Part shown: positions 38,761 through 52,657 of the stretch, piece by piece | How positions within the stretch are numbered: the stretch's first letter is position 1 | Layout of the letters: each line of letters starts with the position of its first letter | NCBI RefSeq assembly: GCF_026571515.1 | Contig: NW_026856698.1 | Coordinates: 310,001 to 374,000 of the forward strand | DNA: 64,000 bases | Direction of reading: 5' to 3' | Source: Ruditapes philippinarum | Lineage: Eukaryota | Program-made: the position numbers and the translations under genes | Notes under the pieces: model-generated | Told to the model about the DNA's origin: nothing | Databases searched by the model: none | What the model saw: only the letters and a program-made list of their open reading frames with translations

Positions 38761-40042
38761 AACATAACATAATAGTGATAGGTAATGAAGAATAATGTTT
38801 GACGATGTCTTTTTTCTATCATGTTGCATCAAATAATTGAATGAAATTTCGAGGAAAAGGAATAATAGGTTCATTCAGTTTAAACTAACTTCAGATATGA
38901 GAGAGGCGGCGAAACGTAAAGACATATAAAATTTAGATACTGTATTCAAATGTATGCACCGGGTTTATAGGATTTTGTTCTAATACCTTATTCTGCCATA
39001 ATGGAAACTGTAATTAGAACTCACAAACTATCATTTTAAATTGTTTCAAAACCAAATGATTTTTTTATTTTGCGTACTAGATTATATTGACAAAAATTCA
39101 GTAAATGTTTCACTTTTTACCATGATACGTCCTGTAATATGAAAATATGTTTATTTCTTTGTTGAAATTAAGACCTGTTGAAGCAATGCAGAAGAGATCC
39201 AAGTTAATTTGTTTTGATCTAAGAATACACCAAAAGAACATTTCATACTTAATTTCAAGAAAGCAAAGCTAAAATGTTCCAAACTATTAACATGCTTTGA
39301 ATTAGTACACACAATAGGCATGTTATGATACATGAAGTTCATTTCATGGATAAAATAGTAAATTTAGAAATTATGCTGTCTTTGGATATTATAAGAGCTG
39401 TTTCTTATATTGGTCTTTTCCTCTTATTTTCTTGAAGCATTACATGTACCACACAAGCAACACTTTAATTATTACTCTTTATAGTTCATTAATTTACCCC
39501 AGTAAAATTCATTTAAAGTTCTAATATGTTATAAATGACTAGCATGTTAAGCCTCGCTCAATACAGCATTTATCAGCATGGCCTGATAAAAATGATATAT
39601 CAAAGTACAGAAGCATGTTATTCTCTATTTATCAGCGGGTGGCTATTTAGGGTAATGCAGCTTTAAAATATCAAAGTTATATGAGTGTTACGTTAAATAA
39701 TGCTTAAATCATATTTCGCTTAATAAGTTTAGATCGGTGATAATTACCATTGATTAATTATAATTCTTTTCAAAATTGGTTTCTTTCACAGTAACTATCA
39801 AACTAATATGAGGCACCAGTTTGAACAAAACAAACATGTTAAACAGTAAAAGTCCCTTAATTTCTGATCTTTTGCCTATGCTAACTTTGCATGTTGTTCA
39901 GTACAAATAATGTCATTAGTTGTTGTGTTTCACCATATATAATAAGGAGAATAGTTATATTCATTTTGATTTGGTTCTTCTTTTTCCCCTAAATACTTAT
40001 AGAGTTCAGTCAGAATATACTCTATCTATTTCTTTCAGACGA

Positions 40043-40367
40043 TTGAAGTCAGGAGACTGTACAAATATGCATCATACTCTTGTAAACCGTCTGTCAGTTG
40101 TAATGTTCATCATCCCTAAAACGCCATCAATCAAGGACTATTTGTAATTTAAAATATGTCATATTATCAAATATATGGTTGGCCTTATTGTGCCCTCAAT
40201 CTAAATATGTTCGTTAAGTGCGTATCAGATGCTTCATTTCACTAATCTGTATGTTTTCCAATAAAACATTTCTCTGCAATTATTTGTATTTAGAGTGATA
40301 AGGAGGGTTTTTGTCAGTATCAGTGATCTTTGTTACATCAATTACGTGTAGCGAGACAGTAAATATT
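40043..40367 (+). repeat. Module A copy 2
   Basis: Core 40171-40262 is identical to 58668-58759. Confidence 0.9.
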
Positions 40368-41647
40368 GACAATCGAACCAAAGTCGATGAAATCGTTTAC
40401 CACCAGCACTATTACCGTCTTATCATTATAAGTAGCATCAAAATCACCAGATGATGTTTAATGATCGTTTCTGTAAAATATTCAAACATGTACTCTCATA
40501 ATTCAGATAAAAATATCTATCAAAACTCAATGCATATACGAATTGAAAAAAAATAGTTCTTTCTGTATTTTTAAGTTAACAAGGACAATGATCTTGTACA
40601 TGTAAAGAGGTTGCCTACTTGATATATATTTAATCATATTTAATGATATTTATTACAAAAGTAAGTGATATTATCAATTATAAACTGTACATATGAATGC
40701 CGTTGTAGAACTGTCAATGAGTTTTATCCTATAAAGGATGTGTATTGTTTCAATTTATTTTTACATTGTTATCTAGCAATCATGAACATACTTTGCTGTA
40801 AAATTTGCTTTATTTTTCATCATTATTTTTTTGTTTAAAAGAGTTAAGTATGTATTGAGCATATACCGCCAAATCGAAAATGAATGACGTTTTATTGTAT
40901 TACTATGGTGCTAGAAATAATGACTTATTGCATATCATGTAATGACACCGGAAAAGCTTGAATGACCCTTATTAGCCAAATAAGAAACTCAGGCATGGAA
41001 ATAAGAAATTAACCCAATTAAAAAATGGGTAGGATAATATGAGGTCACTATACATTGTTGCAATACTGAATTTTCATTGGAGGAGCCTTGTCCAATACAA
41101 GTTTTGCACCTGCGTACAAATATTATGTATAATGACGGCTTTATTCACACCACTAACTTCTTGACATTCGTATAATTTTGATACTTGGAGTACAATAAGG
41201 ATGTGATGTTATTTTTAATGGACTCTGAAAATAAAAATGACGGGGTACAATAGTGATTTGATATGGACTTTTGGTCTCAGAAAAATGAAAACGAGGCTAG
41301 ATGGAGATTAAAGTGATTTGATATGGAAGTTCTGGACTGGCAAAATGAAACTGTGGCTTTATTAATAAGATTGGATCCAACATTTATGGCAGATCACATG
41401 GTGCAAGAGCTAGAAGCTTATTAGTTACAGTAAAAAATAAAAAGTGTGAAATAATACAATATATATAACTGTGCAAAAATGAATAGTTTATCTGAAATAG
41501 GTAAAAGAAAATTAGAAATTATTTCTAAAATAGACAATGCATCAAAGAGAGTCATTGTTTTACATCGACAGTATTCAGGATAATCTTTAACCGTAGTCGA
41601 AATGTTTTTTATATCATTATATCATTTTTTTTGTAAAAGAGATAAAT

Positions 41648-41960
41648 GTTTCCGTAAGAGAAATCCTATTAGAATAACAAGTTTAACAATCCCTATCATC
41701 AACACCTCGTTTTGTCGTTAGGAATTTATGTAATTTTAGACTAATATTTGACATTAATTGTGATATATCTCGACCAGAGAATGAGCTTGTTGGCAGTTAT
41801 GTATGGACTGTAGCGTTGCACATATTTATTGTGAGAATTCAAGATCATTTGTTTAGATTGTTTCTATTTAATTACAGACATTGCAGTTTAACATTGACAA
41901 TAACGGGATCAAAGTTAGTTGAATTATTGGCCATTTTAAGAAATAGAGAAGCTGTCATTT
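41648..41960 (+). repeat. Module B copy 2
   Basis: Core 41706-41830 matches 60017-60141 with 2 substitutions. Confidence 0.9.
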
Positions 41961-42089
41961 CCTGTAAATAAAAACAATGCATTGTCTGTTAGAAAGGTAC
42001 TGAGTATGTACAAAAAGTGATTTTAACTACGTTTATGTTAATGGACAATTAAATCAACAATTCATTTACCAAAGAAATTGCTTTACATC

Positions 42090-44588
42090 ACTGTTTTGCT
42101 AAGTGATAATGTAAATGATGCCTGGAATATATTTAAACAGTTATTTTTATCTGTGATAGACAATATAGCACCTGTGAAACAGACCAGAATTAAACAGAGA
42201 ACAGAACCATGGATTGACTCAGATATTCTTAGTGTAATTAATGAAAGGGATAAAGCTTTTAATAAATATAAATGTGATAGAAACTGTGATAATTATGACT
42301 CATTTAAGACTCTCAAGAACAAAGTTCAGTATCTTGTTGCCAAAGCAAAAAAGGAATATTTTACTAATACACTGAATGAGAACAAAAATGACTCAACCTC
42401 TTTATGGAAAACTGTTAAAAATCTTGGTTTACCTTCCAAGAAGGGTTCATCTTCAACCAGTTCAAATATTTGTTTAAATATTGATGATAATGTGTGTTTT
42501 GAAAAGAAACTTATTGCTGAATCATTTAACAAATTTTATACAACAGTTGCATGTAAACTTGTTGAAAAGTTGCCAGAAAGTATGCATAAATTTGGTACGA
42601 ATTTTGTTAATACTTTTTATGCAAACAAGGGTGTTTTTGCAAACAGTTTTTCTTTTTCCATTGTTTCTGAAAGTAAAGTTCTTAAATACTTAACTTCATT
42701 AGGTGTCAAAAAAGCTACTGGCTTAGATGGTATACCTTCACGTTTAATCAGAGATGGATCTCCAGTTATTGCTAGTCCATTAGCTCATATCATAAACTTA
42801 TCCCTTATCAAAGGTCAAGTCCTTGATGATCTTAAATCTGCAAGAGTTGTTCCCCTCTATAAAAAGAACGACAAATTGTCTGTTGGTAATTACCGGCCTG
42901 TGTCCATTTTAAATGTTGTATCTAAAATCCTTGAAAAGGTGGTTTATGACCAGGTTGAAGCTTATTTTAAGGATAAAGATCTGCTGTATAAATTTCAATC
43001 AGGTTTCAGGAGTGGCTTCTCTACTGATACTTGTCTGATTCACCTTACAGACTTTATCAGGTATGAAAATGATAAAGGTAATGTTGTTGGTATGGTTCTG
43101 CTGGATTTGCAGAAAGCGTTTGACACAGTCGACCATTCCATTCTTTTAATGAAACTGCAAGCATCAGGTCTTAGAATTGACGTCCTAAATTGGTTCAAAT
43201 CATATTTATCAGATAGACAGCAGTTTGTAGATGTCTCTGGTACTTATTCTGCCAATTCCAAATAACATGTGGTGTTCCTCAGGGCTCAATCCTTGGACCC
43301 CTTCTCTTTTTAATTTATGTTAATGATATGTCAGCTGTGGTCAAAAATAAATCGCTTTGATATGCTGATGATTCTGGTATCCTCGAATCTGGTAAAAGTT
43401 TATCTGTTGTTGAAAAGGCGTTGGCCGATGATATGGAATCGGTCAGCCAATGGTTAGTGGACAATAAGTTGTCATTGCAACCGAGTCAATTTTATTTGGG
43501 TCCAGGCAAAAGCTTAAGTCACAATCTAACCTGCATATAATCTGTTCTGGTACATCCATTGAATCAACTTCATCTATCAAGTATCTTGGGATTACTATAG
43601 ACCAAAATCTGTCATTTTGCTCCATGGCCGAGTCGGTTCTTCAGAAGGCCAACTCTCGGTTAAAATTTCTTAACCGCAAGAAAGTGTTTCTTATTCAGCA
43701 TACCAAGAAACTTCTGGTTATGTCTCTTATTCAGTGTCACTATGATTACGCATGCTCTGCTTGGTAAAATAGCTTGACACAGTCTTTAAAATATATGTTA
43801 CAAACTTGTCAAAACAAAATAATGAGATTTGTACTTGACTTGGACTCCGGAGCCCACATTGACCCATCCCACTTTAAGTCCCTTAACTGGTTACTGGTCC
43901 ACAAAAGAGTTGAACAGATAATGTTGTGTCATGTTTTTAAGATAAAAAATGGCCTATCTCCGGATTACATGTCTGAACACTTTATTTCACAAGATTCCAT
44001 TCATAATTATAGTACAAGACTTAGTCAAAAGGGTGGATATTGTCTACCTAAGGTCAAAGGCCAGGGTTCTAAATCCTTTGCTTTCTCTGGTATTAAATTA
44101 TGGAATAATTTACCTGTAAAGTTAACGGAAATCAACAGGTTACAAAGTTTTATGGTTGCCATCAAAAGCCATCTTATGAACAGTATTTAATTTTTTTTTT
44201 TTAAACATGTTTTTATATTTTTCGGCTCAGGATTTTAAATTGTCTGCTATTTATCTTATTACAATTTTAGTAATGTGTTTTAAATCCTAGCTGTAAACAA
44301 GAGTATCATTAACTCAAGATTTGACTGTGATATACATTTTTATGATTTATTAGTATTTTTAAACATGATTATATTTAGGTTTGCCTCTCTATGTCATGCC
44401 GCCAATACAAAGGACCACAATGAAAATAAGAGCTTTTTGCCCTTTTTTGTGTTATCCTTGGTTTTGGTGAGCATGTCATAGTTTTACTCGTATGTGATAT
44501 AGTATTTAATAATGCTCATTATTTTATCCTATGTTATATTGTCAACTATGTATATGCTTCCTTTGCCGAAATAAATCTATCTATCTAT
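42090..44588 (+). mobile_element. 5'-truncated L2-clade (Crack/Daphne-like) LINE, defective ORF2 plus 3' UTR
   Basis: RT motifs [51 protein letters not shown] and GIKLWNNLP, with stops and frameshifts after 43260. 3' end is AATAAA followed by a (TCTA)n tail at ~44570-44588. Confidence 0.92.
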
Positions 44589-46827
44589 ACTTCGATGTTG
44601 TGTGTTCCTGGTTCTTTAGACTCATTAATTCTAGCGCATTTTTGTTAAAAGTTGGATATCGCTTAAAGAGTCGTGACGGATGTTGCATTTATTCATTTTA
44701 CTTCACAAACAGACACAATCAAATCGAGTCTGCAATTTACATGTAAATTTGTTTTCATTGCTTAAATCTCCTTTTTTTCAGTCGACCAGGGTCTAATTAG
44801 TCTAAATACAATGCATTTAACAGCATTCCTGATAATTTATTAGGCTTTGTAAAGGTTGTAACGAACTTTTAAAGTTTATAAAGGAGAAAACTTCAAAAGG
44901 TATAAAAAAATTCTAAGTGTTTAACTTACAATATTATGGTTTGAATTGGTATATGTATAAACTGTTCACATTTTCGTTAAGTTATTGTTAACGGTTGTGG
45001 GGATTATTAAAGTTGTTACGTTTCAACAGTTGTTTAGAATGAATTGTTTCCTCGTTCGTTATAAAAATCAAAATTTGTGACATTTAGTAAAAGAAGCAAT
45101 TGATTTCGATATTAAAAAGTGCTTTAAAATGTTGATATTAAAATGTCCCTCGACAGCATTGATAACAATATTTTAACTATTACAATGCTTTTGTTCATAT
45201 AAAGCCATATTCCTATTTCTGGTCTTTGTAAGTATCTATATATAGTTAACGGTTTAAAAAGGCGTTATGAGTTTCATTATACAGATTATATTATCAATAC
45301 AATAGAAATAATGAAAATAGTCTCATGCGAATACAAACACTGATCAGACGATACAAACCGCGTTCCTTGTAGTTTTGTTTTTCCTCAAAATTGACCAATA
45401 AACGTTGTAATACGTCATTTCCGAATCATTAGCCTAACTAACAAGATGATGTATGACAGAATATGGAAACATCAATTATCTTTCATACATATGCTTAACT
45501 AAACGAAAGATTATGTCTGCAATCACTGATCTAATTTTGTGTTTGCTAGAATGTCATAGTTCATATTTCCAAAACATCAATCAAATATTCACCATTGCCT
45601 AAATCTCTCGCTTTGTCAAAGCGTTTCAGAAATGAATAAGATTGAACTGTATTGAAGTTTATTAAAGATATATATTTTGTGCAAAAGTTAGGTGTAAGGA
45701 AGATACGTTGATACTTGATAAATGATAGAGCTCAAATAATACAATTAAAAAACTTAACAACAACACTACAACAAAATCAAAAAATCTTCACCCATGATAT
45801 CGATACATTTTGATGAACTTTTTGCACCATAAATATCTATTAGAAACTCGTTATTCTACGAGCAATTTGAAAACTTTCTTAAAAATTGAAAAAAAACTTC
45901 ACATATGTTAACATTCGATTTCCCAAACCTCTATCAAGAAGTTTTTTTAATGCATATTTTTGTGCAAAACAGGAAAAATGACTATAATTGTATAAACAAT
46001 TACTTGTAATTCAATAATTAACTTTAAGTTTTCATAAATGCAAAAAGAGTAAAACCGTTGCACTAGGCATTTTAGTGACCATTAACTCTGATTATTTGCA
46101 ATATATGTATTAAAGCGATGTATGAAAATAAATGCAGCATCTACAATGCCAATAGCAAAAGAAGATTTGACTTATTGTCATTTTTAAACAATTCACCACT
46201 GTATTCTACTTCCTCCGTTTGTAACTTTTCGTGTTCAATGTTCCTTGTGAGCTCTTTTGTTCTATTGGCGTTGTGTGGCTTTGGGTAAAGATGCCTGGGT
46301 AGTCGGGGGCAGCGTGTAATTATGTTGGTTGATGTTTTGCTCTTTTATTTTTTTTCTTAAACTGAGATACATCTATTTTATTCAGCATGTGTGTCAAAAA
46401 AATAATAAGCAAAATATTTAAAAAGATATGAATGTTCCATATATGAAAGTGAATGTTCCATATATGAAAGTGACAAATTATCAGTACACTTGCAATATAC
46501 CTATTGTAGCGAAAGGGCATTTCTAATAGAAAGATTTAAATTGCCGATGTTATAAAAATAAAATAATATAATCCCTATATCAATTTTAATACAATGAAGG
46601 AAATAACTTATTCATAGCATTTGGTGAATATCATTAGGAATTACTTTTGAATTGAAATATTATATCGAGTGTGCCTTTTAACGTGATTTGTTTTGGGGCT
46701 CTGTTTAAATGGTCAGTATTACAAGCTTCATCAATCAAACATCTTATACAAACTTTCAATCAATCCTAAATAAAACAAGTCTGGTACATAATGAAACATT
46801 TTTAAACAACCACTAAATTTATAAAGT

Positions 46828-47090
46828 GAGTTCTTTGACGTGTGATTGATCAAAACTAGAATAAGTATCTTAAGATATCGCACAATTAAATTACTTTAAG
46901 ACAATGCCGCAGAATATGATTTGGAGAAAGTGGCTGACGTGTTTACAATGTCTATAATACTGAAGTATATTCAAACACAGATATGACGTTGTGAGATATT
47001 ATCAAACATATTTTTGACAACCTGGTGTCAATTTGTTGACCTGCGCTAAGGAAAGATATCCGATTATTAATCATTGTTCTCAAAACAAAG
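46828..47090 (+). repeat. Module C copy 2
   Basis: Collinear motif blocks shared with 37620-37835. Confidence 0.75.
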
Positions 47091-50000
47091 AAAAATAAAT
47101 AATTTGGTTGTGACTAAAGAGCAAGACCTATTTGACAAAACAAAGCGTTATGAATCCCATGCAACAAACATTATCAAATAAAACAAATGATTAAATTGAA
47201 AACGATTGAAAAGCCAATTTTGTAGGAAACTTTTTTCCTTAAGATACTAATTTCTGCGTTTAGTTTTGTTTTTCTTGAAACTAACCATTATCTGTTGTAA
47301 TGCTTAATTTCTGGGTAAAAAAAATAATTAATCCGAATTTATGGAAATATCAATTTTGATCAATATACACCGTATGCCTAACTGAATAAAACATTATTTC
47401 TACGTCTTAAATCATAACCTGTATTTGCACAAATCAATAAAAATATAATAAAAATGCGGACATGCCTGAATTTTTATCATCAAAGTATTAATAAAAATGA
47501 AAGTGCATATATTTTGTTATGTTTTTGGAGAATTAAATGATGAAAATTTAATAAATATATATTTTTTCAATGCATATATGACCCAAAAAGACACAGTGCA
47601 AAATTACGTCGTTGCGTTTATTTACATACTTATTTGATATCTTTGATTCCTTTAGTATAAATTTTTTTTATGCTATTACAGGTAGACATATAAATTTGCC
47701 AGGCCAGATTTTATTTTCAACAATTGCGTGTGATACGAGAGAAGATATCGCGGTTTTAGGAGAACAAAAAGTGCTTAAAATTGTTTCTGCATTTATAGTT
47801 TCAAGTTTTAGGTCTAATAATGTTTCAAAATAATTGTGTTCAATGATGCAGGTAATAAAGCATTTTATAATTAATAAGATAAGCTAAATATATTATACAT
47901 TTGTTTATGCTTAATGAGGGTCCATCCGCCCTTTCAGGCAAAAAAATGCATCTTTCGCTGTCGAGTACGGACCCCAGACATGTCACCAGTCATGCCCTTA
48001 AAGAGTTAAATTTAAGCACAAAGTGGTGCTAATTTACCTCCATGCAATTTCCACGGAGTATTAGCCAAAGATATGAATTTTGAGCCAAAAGTAGGTCACT
48101 GTACGGCGGTCAATGAGAACCTAAATGTACGTAAACCTGAGACAATATGAAAGGGTAGCCCTGAAAAGGGCTGTTTGCGCCAGAAAAGGAATGCAGTTCA
48201 AGCCGCTTCACCGTGCTAGGGGCTCACGCACCCTAGCACACCATCCTCGTCGACTCAGAGCCTACTTTGTAGGGCCACTCCCCTCGGCTTTGTTCAGGAC
48301 ACCGGCAGTTAACTTAATGCAAGCTAAGTCGTGCCGCCTTAAATATAACCCCGAGCTGTAGAAAATATGCGAACCTGCCGTCTTATACGTAGCATTGGTT
48401 CTTCAATCATCTGCCAATGCCCTGTGTCTTCTCAACCACGTACACGTACCGAGGAAAAGAGAGAAGTTACATTTGTTTTGCATCTTATGTTCTATTTAAT
48501 TGAAAAACTTTATTTTGGAATTATTTTGTTAAAATTCATAGTATCAAGTTACATTGCCACAAGCATTTTTAAAGAAATCAAATGAAATTAAAAAACAAAA
48601 TTTTATAAATGATTCAGTTATTAGTGTTACGCAATCTTACATTCTTTCAGTTTTTGTAAAATTTTAGCTTTAAAAAGTTTTCATAGACGCTCAAGTTCTT
48701 GACAAAACAAAGCGTTATGAATTTCATAATTTCATAGACGCTCAAGTTCTTAAACCATATTAAGCAATACTGAATCTTTAAAAATCAATTACTCAGCAGT
48801 ATTCTATCTATTCAAGTTGGTTCTTGACTCTGTTGTTTTGACTAAAGTATATCAAAGTTCATTTTTTTAAATAATTTAAACAGCATACATATATGCATAG
48901 TTTTTGTTTGCTTTCTACCATCGGATACAGATAAATATATTTTGACCAATTTTAACTGAACATTTTATGATAAATAGAATAGCGGACGATCAAAGCAAAT
49001 GTGTACATAATGAACAATAAATGATGTTTTATGTTTTTTGAATATAACGTAGTTTCAGTTTGCAAGAATGATGCATAATTTAAATTCATACATATCTTTA
49101 TTACATATTTTGATCGTTCAGCACGACATTATTGTTGTGTATACATATTATGTGGTACTTTTAGTTTCTTCTATTTGGCCATTTTCAACTTGTGTGGTTC
49201 CAGCATTCCTACTTGAATACTGTATAATCACCCTTAGGATATGTTGCCTGCTTTTTAAATTTGTCTTTTGACGACTTATCTGTGATATGCAGGCTTCATA
49301 ACCGCAGATCTCCTTTCAAAATTCCATTTTATTTAGTTCCGCCCATTGTTTTCTCGTATAGGGCAAAAGCATTCTTTTACTTGGGGACCATACGCCGCTT
49401 TTAATGGAATGGCACTACTGTGTCGCATTGAAGGTCCATGATAACCGTCGTATGAACACATCTGCGGATGTTTCTAAATTCAAAATTTCACCATTTTTTT
49501 GTTAAATGTTGAATTCTGCTTAAGCCGGTGCTAGGGGGCGTGGACGGTAACTTGCACTTTCCAGTACCGTCCATGAACAGGCCCAATTAAACCGAGCCTG
49601 CAACATTTTCAATTTTGTTATGTTGGGCTTTCTTTAGGGATTCTGTTTCATTCTAATTAATTGACGTCCAATAGAAGCATCCTTTGATACAAGACATAGA
49701 ACCAGTGGTTTGTTTGAAATCAGTCCTTGTTTCTTGTTATCCAAATGTCCTTATTCACACTTTTTAAACAATTAAAGTAAAAGGTCCGTACTGTTCTATT
49801 GTACTTTTTAAATTTGAATGTTACATTTTTAAAATATTTTTGTTATATCGTTGAATAAAGTTACTTAATTTAAATGTTACATTCTTTGTGTATATTAGCT
49901 ACGAGCAAATTTTAGACAAGATTTTGTATCAGGCACTTTGGTGTGTTATAAAATTTCAACGTATGTCATGTTTTTGAGCTGAGCTGCTGTGGTGTTTCCA

Positions 50001-50334
50001 TGGTTATTTAAGGCGGCCTGCGACGGATCTGGATGATATTAAACGAATAACTTTTTGCAATAAAATAGATTAAATATCATTTTTTGCGCAGGTTTAAATT
50101 CATTAAAAAAATGTGAAATTTATCAAAATTATAAACAAATTACGGGTAATTCTGGATCATCCCTTGTAAAAAAGAACGTACAGAAATTATAAATAATAAG
50201 AAATAAAAGTACAATTTTTTTGCACGATACTTATAATATTTCTTATCCTTTTTATGAATAAGTAAATATTTACCAAGTTCAATCATATTTTAGAAGGTTT
50301 ATTAATAGAAGAACATAAATATTGATATTAACAA

Positions 50335-50575
50335 CCTTGTCAGTCAAAAAACAAATATTTGTACAGGAATAGCGCGAGAAAAACATACAGATTTGTGATT
50401 TGAAGCATCTGATATGGTGGGAAGGAACATATTTAGATTGAGGGCACAATAAGGCCAACTGTTTATTTGATAATATGACATATTTAGAATTACAAATTGT
50501 AAATGATTGATAGATTTATATGGCAGATGAACTTTATCGTTCTCAAAGGGATAACTAGTTCTTATATTGACTTCA
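50335..50575 (-). repeat. Module A copy 3 (inverted)
   Basis: Reverse strand reads AAATATGTCATATTATCAAATA..GTTGGCCTTATTGTGCCCTCAATCTAAATATGTTC..TATCAGATGCTTCA..AATCTGTATGTTTT. Confidence 0.85.
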
Positions 50576-52262
50576 ACATTACTCCCTGTCAAGATGTTTG
50601 GTGATAACCGGAAAATATAAACCTAATGAAATAAGTTTTTATCCCGTATTTATTTTTTGTGATATTTTAAAGGATTCAGTTTAATTTTTATGAGAAGTTA
50701 AATAAAAAGATTCCCATTTTGTGTACAAATATACTGATCATGAATATTTTTTCATTGCAAATGCCATTTTAATTAAGGTTTTTAAACAAAAGAAAAATAT
50801 CATTTTTCAATAAAACACTCATTTCGTTTGAAAAAAAAAATCAGTGAAAACAGCATTTAAAACAAGAAATATTTTAAAAAAAAGATACTCGGCCGAAGTA
50901 AAACTGGTTATCTTGCATATGTTAGTTCTTAGTTTTCCTTGCAACGTCATATAGAAATGTTAGCATAACTTGCATAACAATACTAGTAACATAATAATTT
51001 CTTGTAGGGTTATTAATGTTGAAAAATTGAATACTTTAAGATGTATGTGTTTTAAATGAACTTATCGTGTTTCGGTCAGTGAACCTCTACTCAGTCGGTA
51101 GGCAATTATTTTTTATAAATAATTGATTAATATTTATAAATGTATGAAAAAAAAAGCATAATATCATTTGAACACATCATTAATCATATAATATATTAGA
51201 CACAGTAAGTTTTTATGTCAAACAATCTGTTCTTTAGAAAATGTACTGAGATCTGAATGCAGTGTAAAATGTTTTGTACAAACAGAACTAAAATATCTGA
51301 GCAATTTAACTAGAAAATTAAAGAATTATATTCAAAAACATCAGTTGGTAAGGACAACATATCTAATTGTATTAATGGTTTGACTAAGTAGCTTCATGAG
51401 GGGACAGTGTGAAAACTGAGCATTTTTGCCTGCACTAAAATGTGTTCCATTGAGAATAAACAATTCTATTTCCCAGTGCGTAAAAATACTTTATCTAGCA
51501 GTTCCATAGTATAAAGTTTTGAGACATTGAAATAAAGCCAAACAGTATTGATAAGTGACGTCACATGTCAAATAATTATATATACATGTATAATTTTATA
51601 AAGACACGATTTGCTCGCTTTTAGGTTATTTATGTGCTGTGCACGCTTATTTTGTAGTAATCATGTCACTCTAGGGGTTTTCATAGATATACGTGTGGAT
51701 TTAGACGGTAGCGTTGACCAATCAAAATTAAGTATATCTGGCGAGATATCTAATTTTGATAAGAGTGTTTAAAAATATATGAAACAAACATACTTAAAAA
51801 TTTCAAAGCAGCATAGTCAGTACTATTTAACAATTCATTATACTTAATTACATACGGATGTTTATAATAAAATTCTGGGATATTTTTTTCCGTGCGTCAG
51901 TGAAACGTTTACAGGACATAATTGCGAGAAATTCATTTCCAAGTGTCCGGCACTCTTCACTTGTACGCTCGTTGTATGGAGTGTTGTTGTATCTTAGAAT
52001 TTCACTGGAAGTCGGTGATAAGATGTCCGAAATTTCAGAAGCGGTATGTACAAGTTTCTCGGTAATATTGTTATTTAGTCTTCTGTCTTATGTTCTTGTT
52101 TATACACATTATATAGTTTTCCTTTGTTTGAGGCGTGAAATGTTACATTCCAATCAGTTATGAATTGATTTACTATCACTTGCTTTACCAATAAGTAAAT
52201 GTTTTTCATGGTGATATCCTCTTGATTCACAAATTATTAGGTGACACCAATTTTATGTTATC

Positions 52263-52369
52263 GAGAAACTCCAAAAACAGTCCATTATGTGAGAGAATGA
52301 ACAGATTGAGGCGCATAGCGGCGAGATTTGTTTATTCTCTCACATAATGGGCAGTTTGAGGAGTTTCTC
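52263..52369. repeat. ~107-bp imperfect palindrome upstream of the Crypton ORF (probable terminal structure)
   Basis: GAGAAACTC..CCATTATGTGAGAGAAT..[GAGGCGCATAGCGGCGAG]..ATTCTCTCACATAATGG..GAGTTTCTC. Confidence 0.8.
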
Positions 52370-52657
52370 TTACTTAAAACATGTTTTCTAATGTCTAAAT
52401 AATGGACAGTTGTATCAATACATGATTTCCATGCAAAAGTTGGGTAAAAAATCATGCGTCCATTGTTAACCTTTACTTTTTGGGGGAAAATGAAAAAGGT
52501 AAGAAAAAAATGTTTATCATGCTTTCATGAAATACACTGTATATATAGTTGTGACAATATTCATAAGTAACACAAAGTTGACATCATTAAGTTGTTCTGG
52601 ATTTAAAAAAGAAAAAATGAAAGAAAGAAAAACGATTAGAAGTTATAAGCAGCAATA

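Noticed and set aside
40156-40245. Module A as a small peptide gene (MSYYQIYGWPYCALNLNMF...)
   Set aside because: The frame is not preserved: the 33.8-kb copy is shifted by one base, the 58.7-kb copy has a 2-bp insertion and no ATG, and the stops differ. Conservation is nucleotide-block-like.
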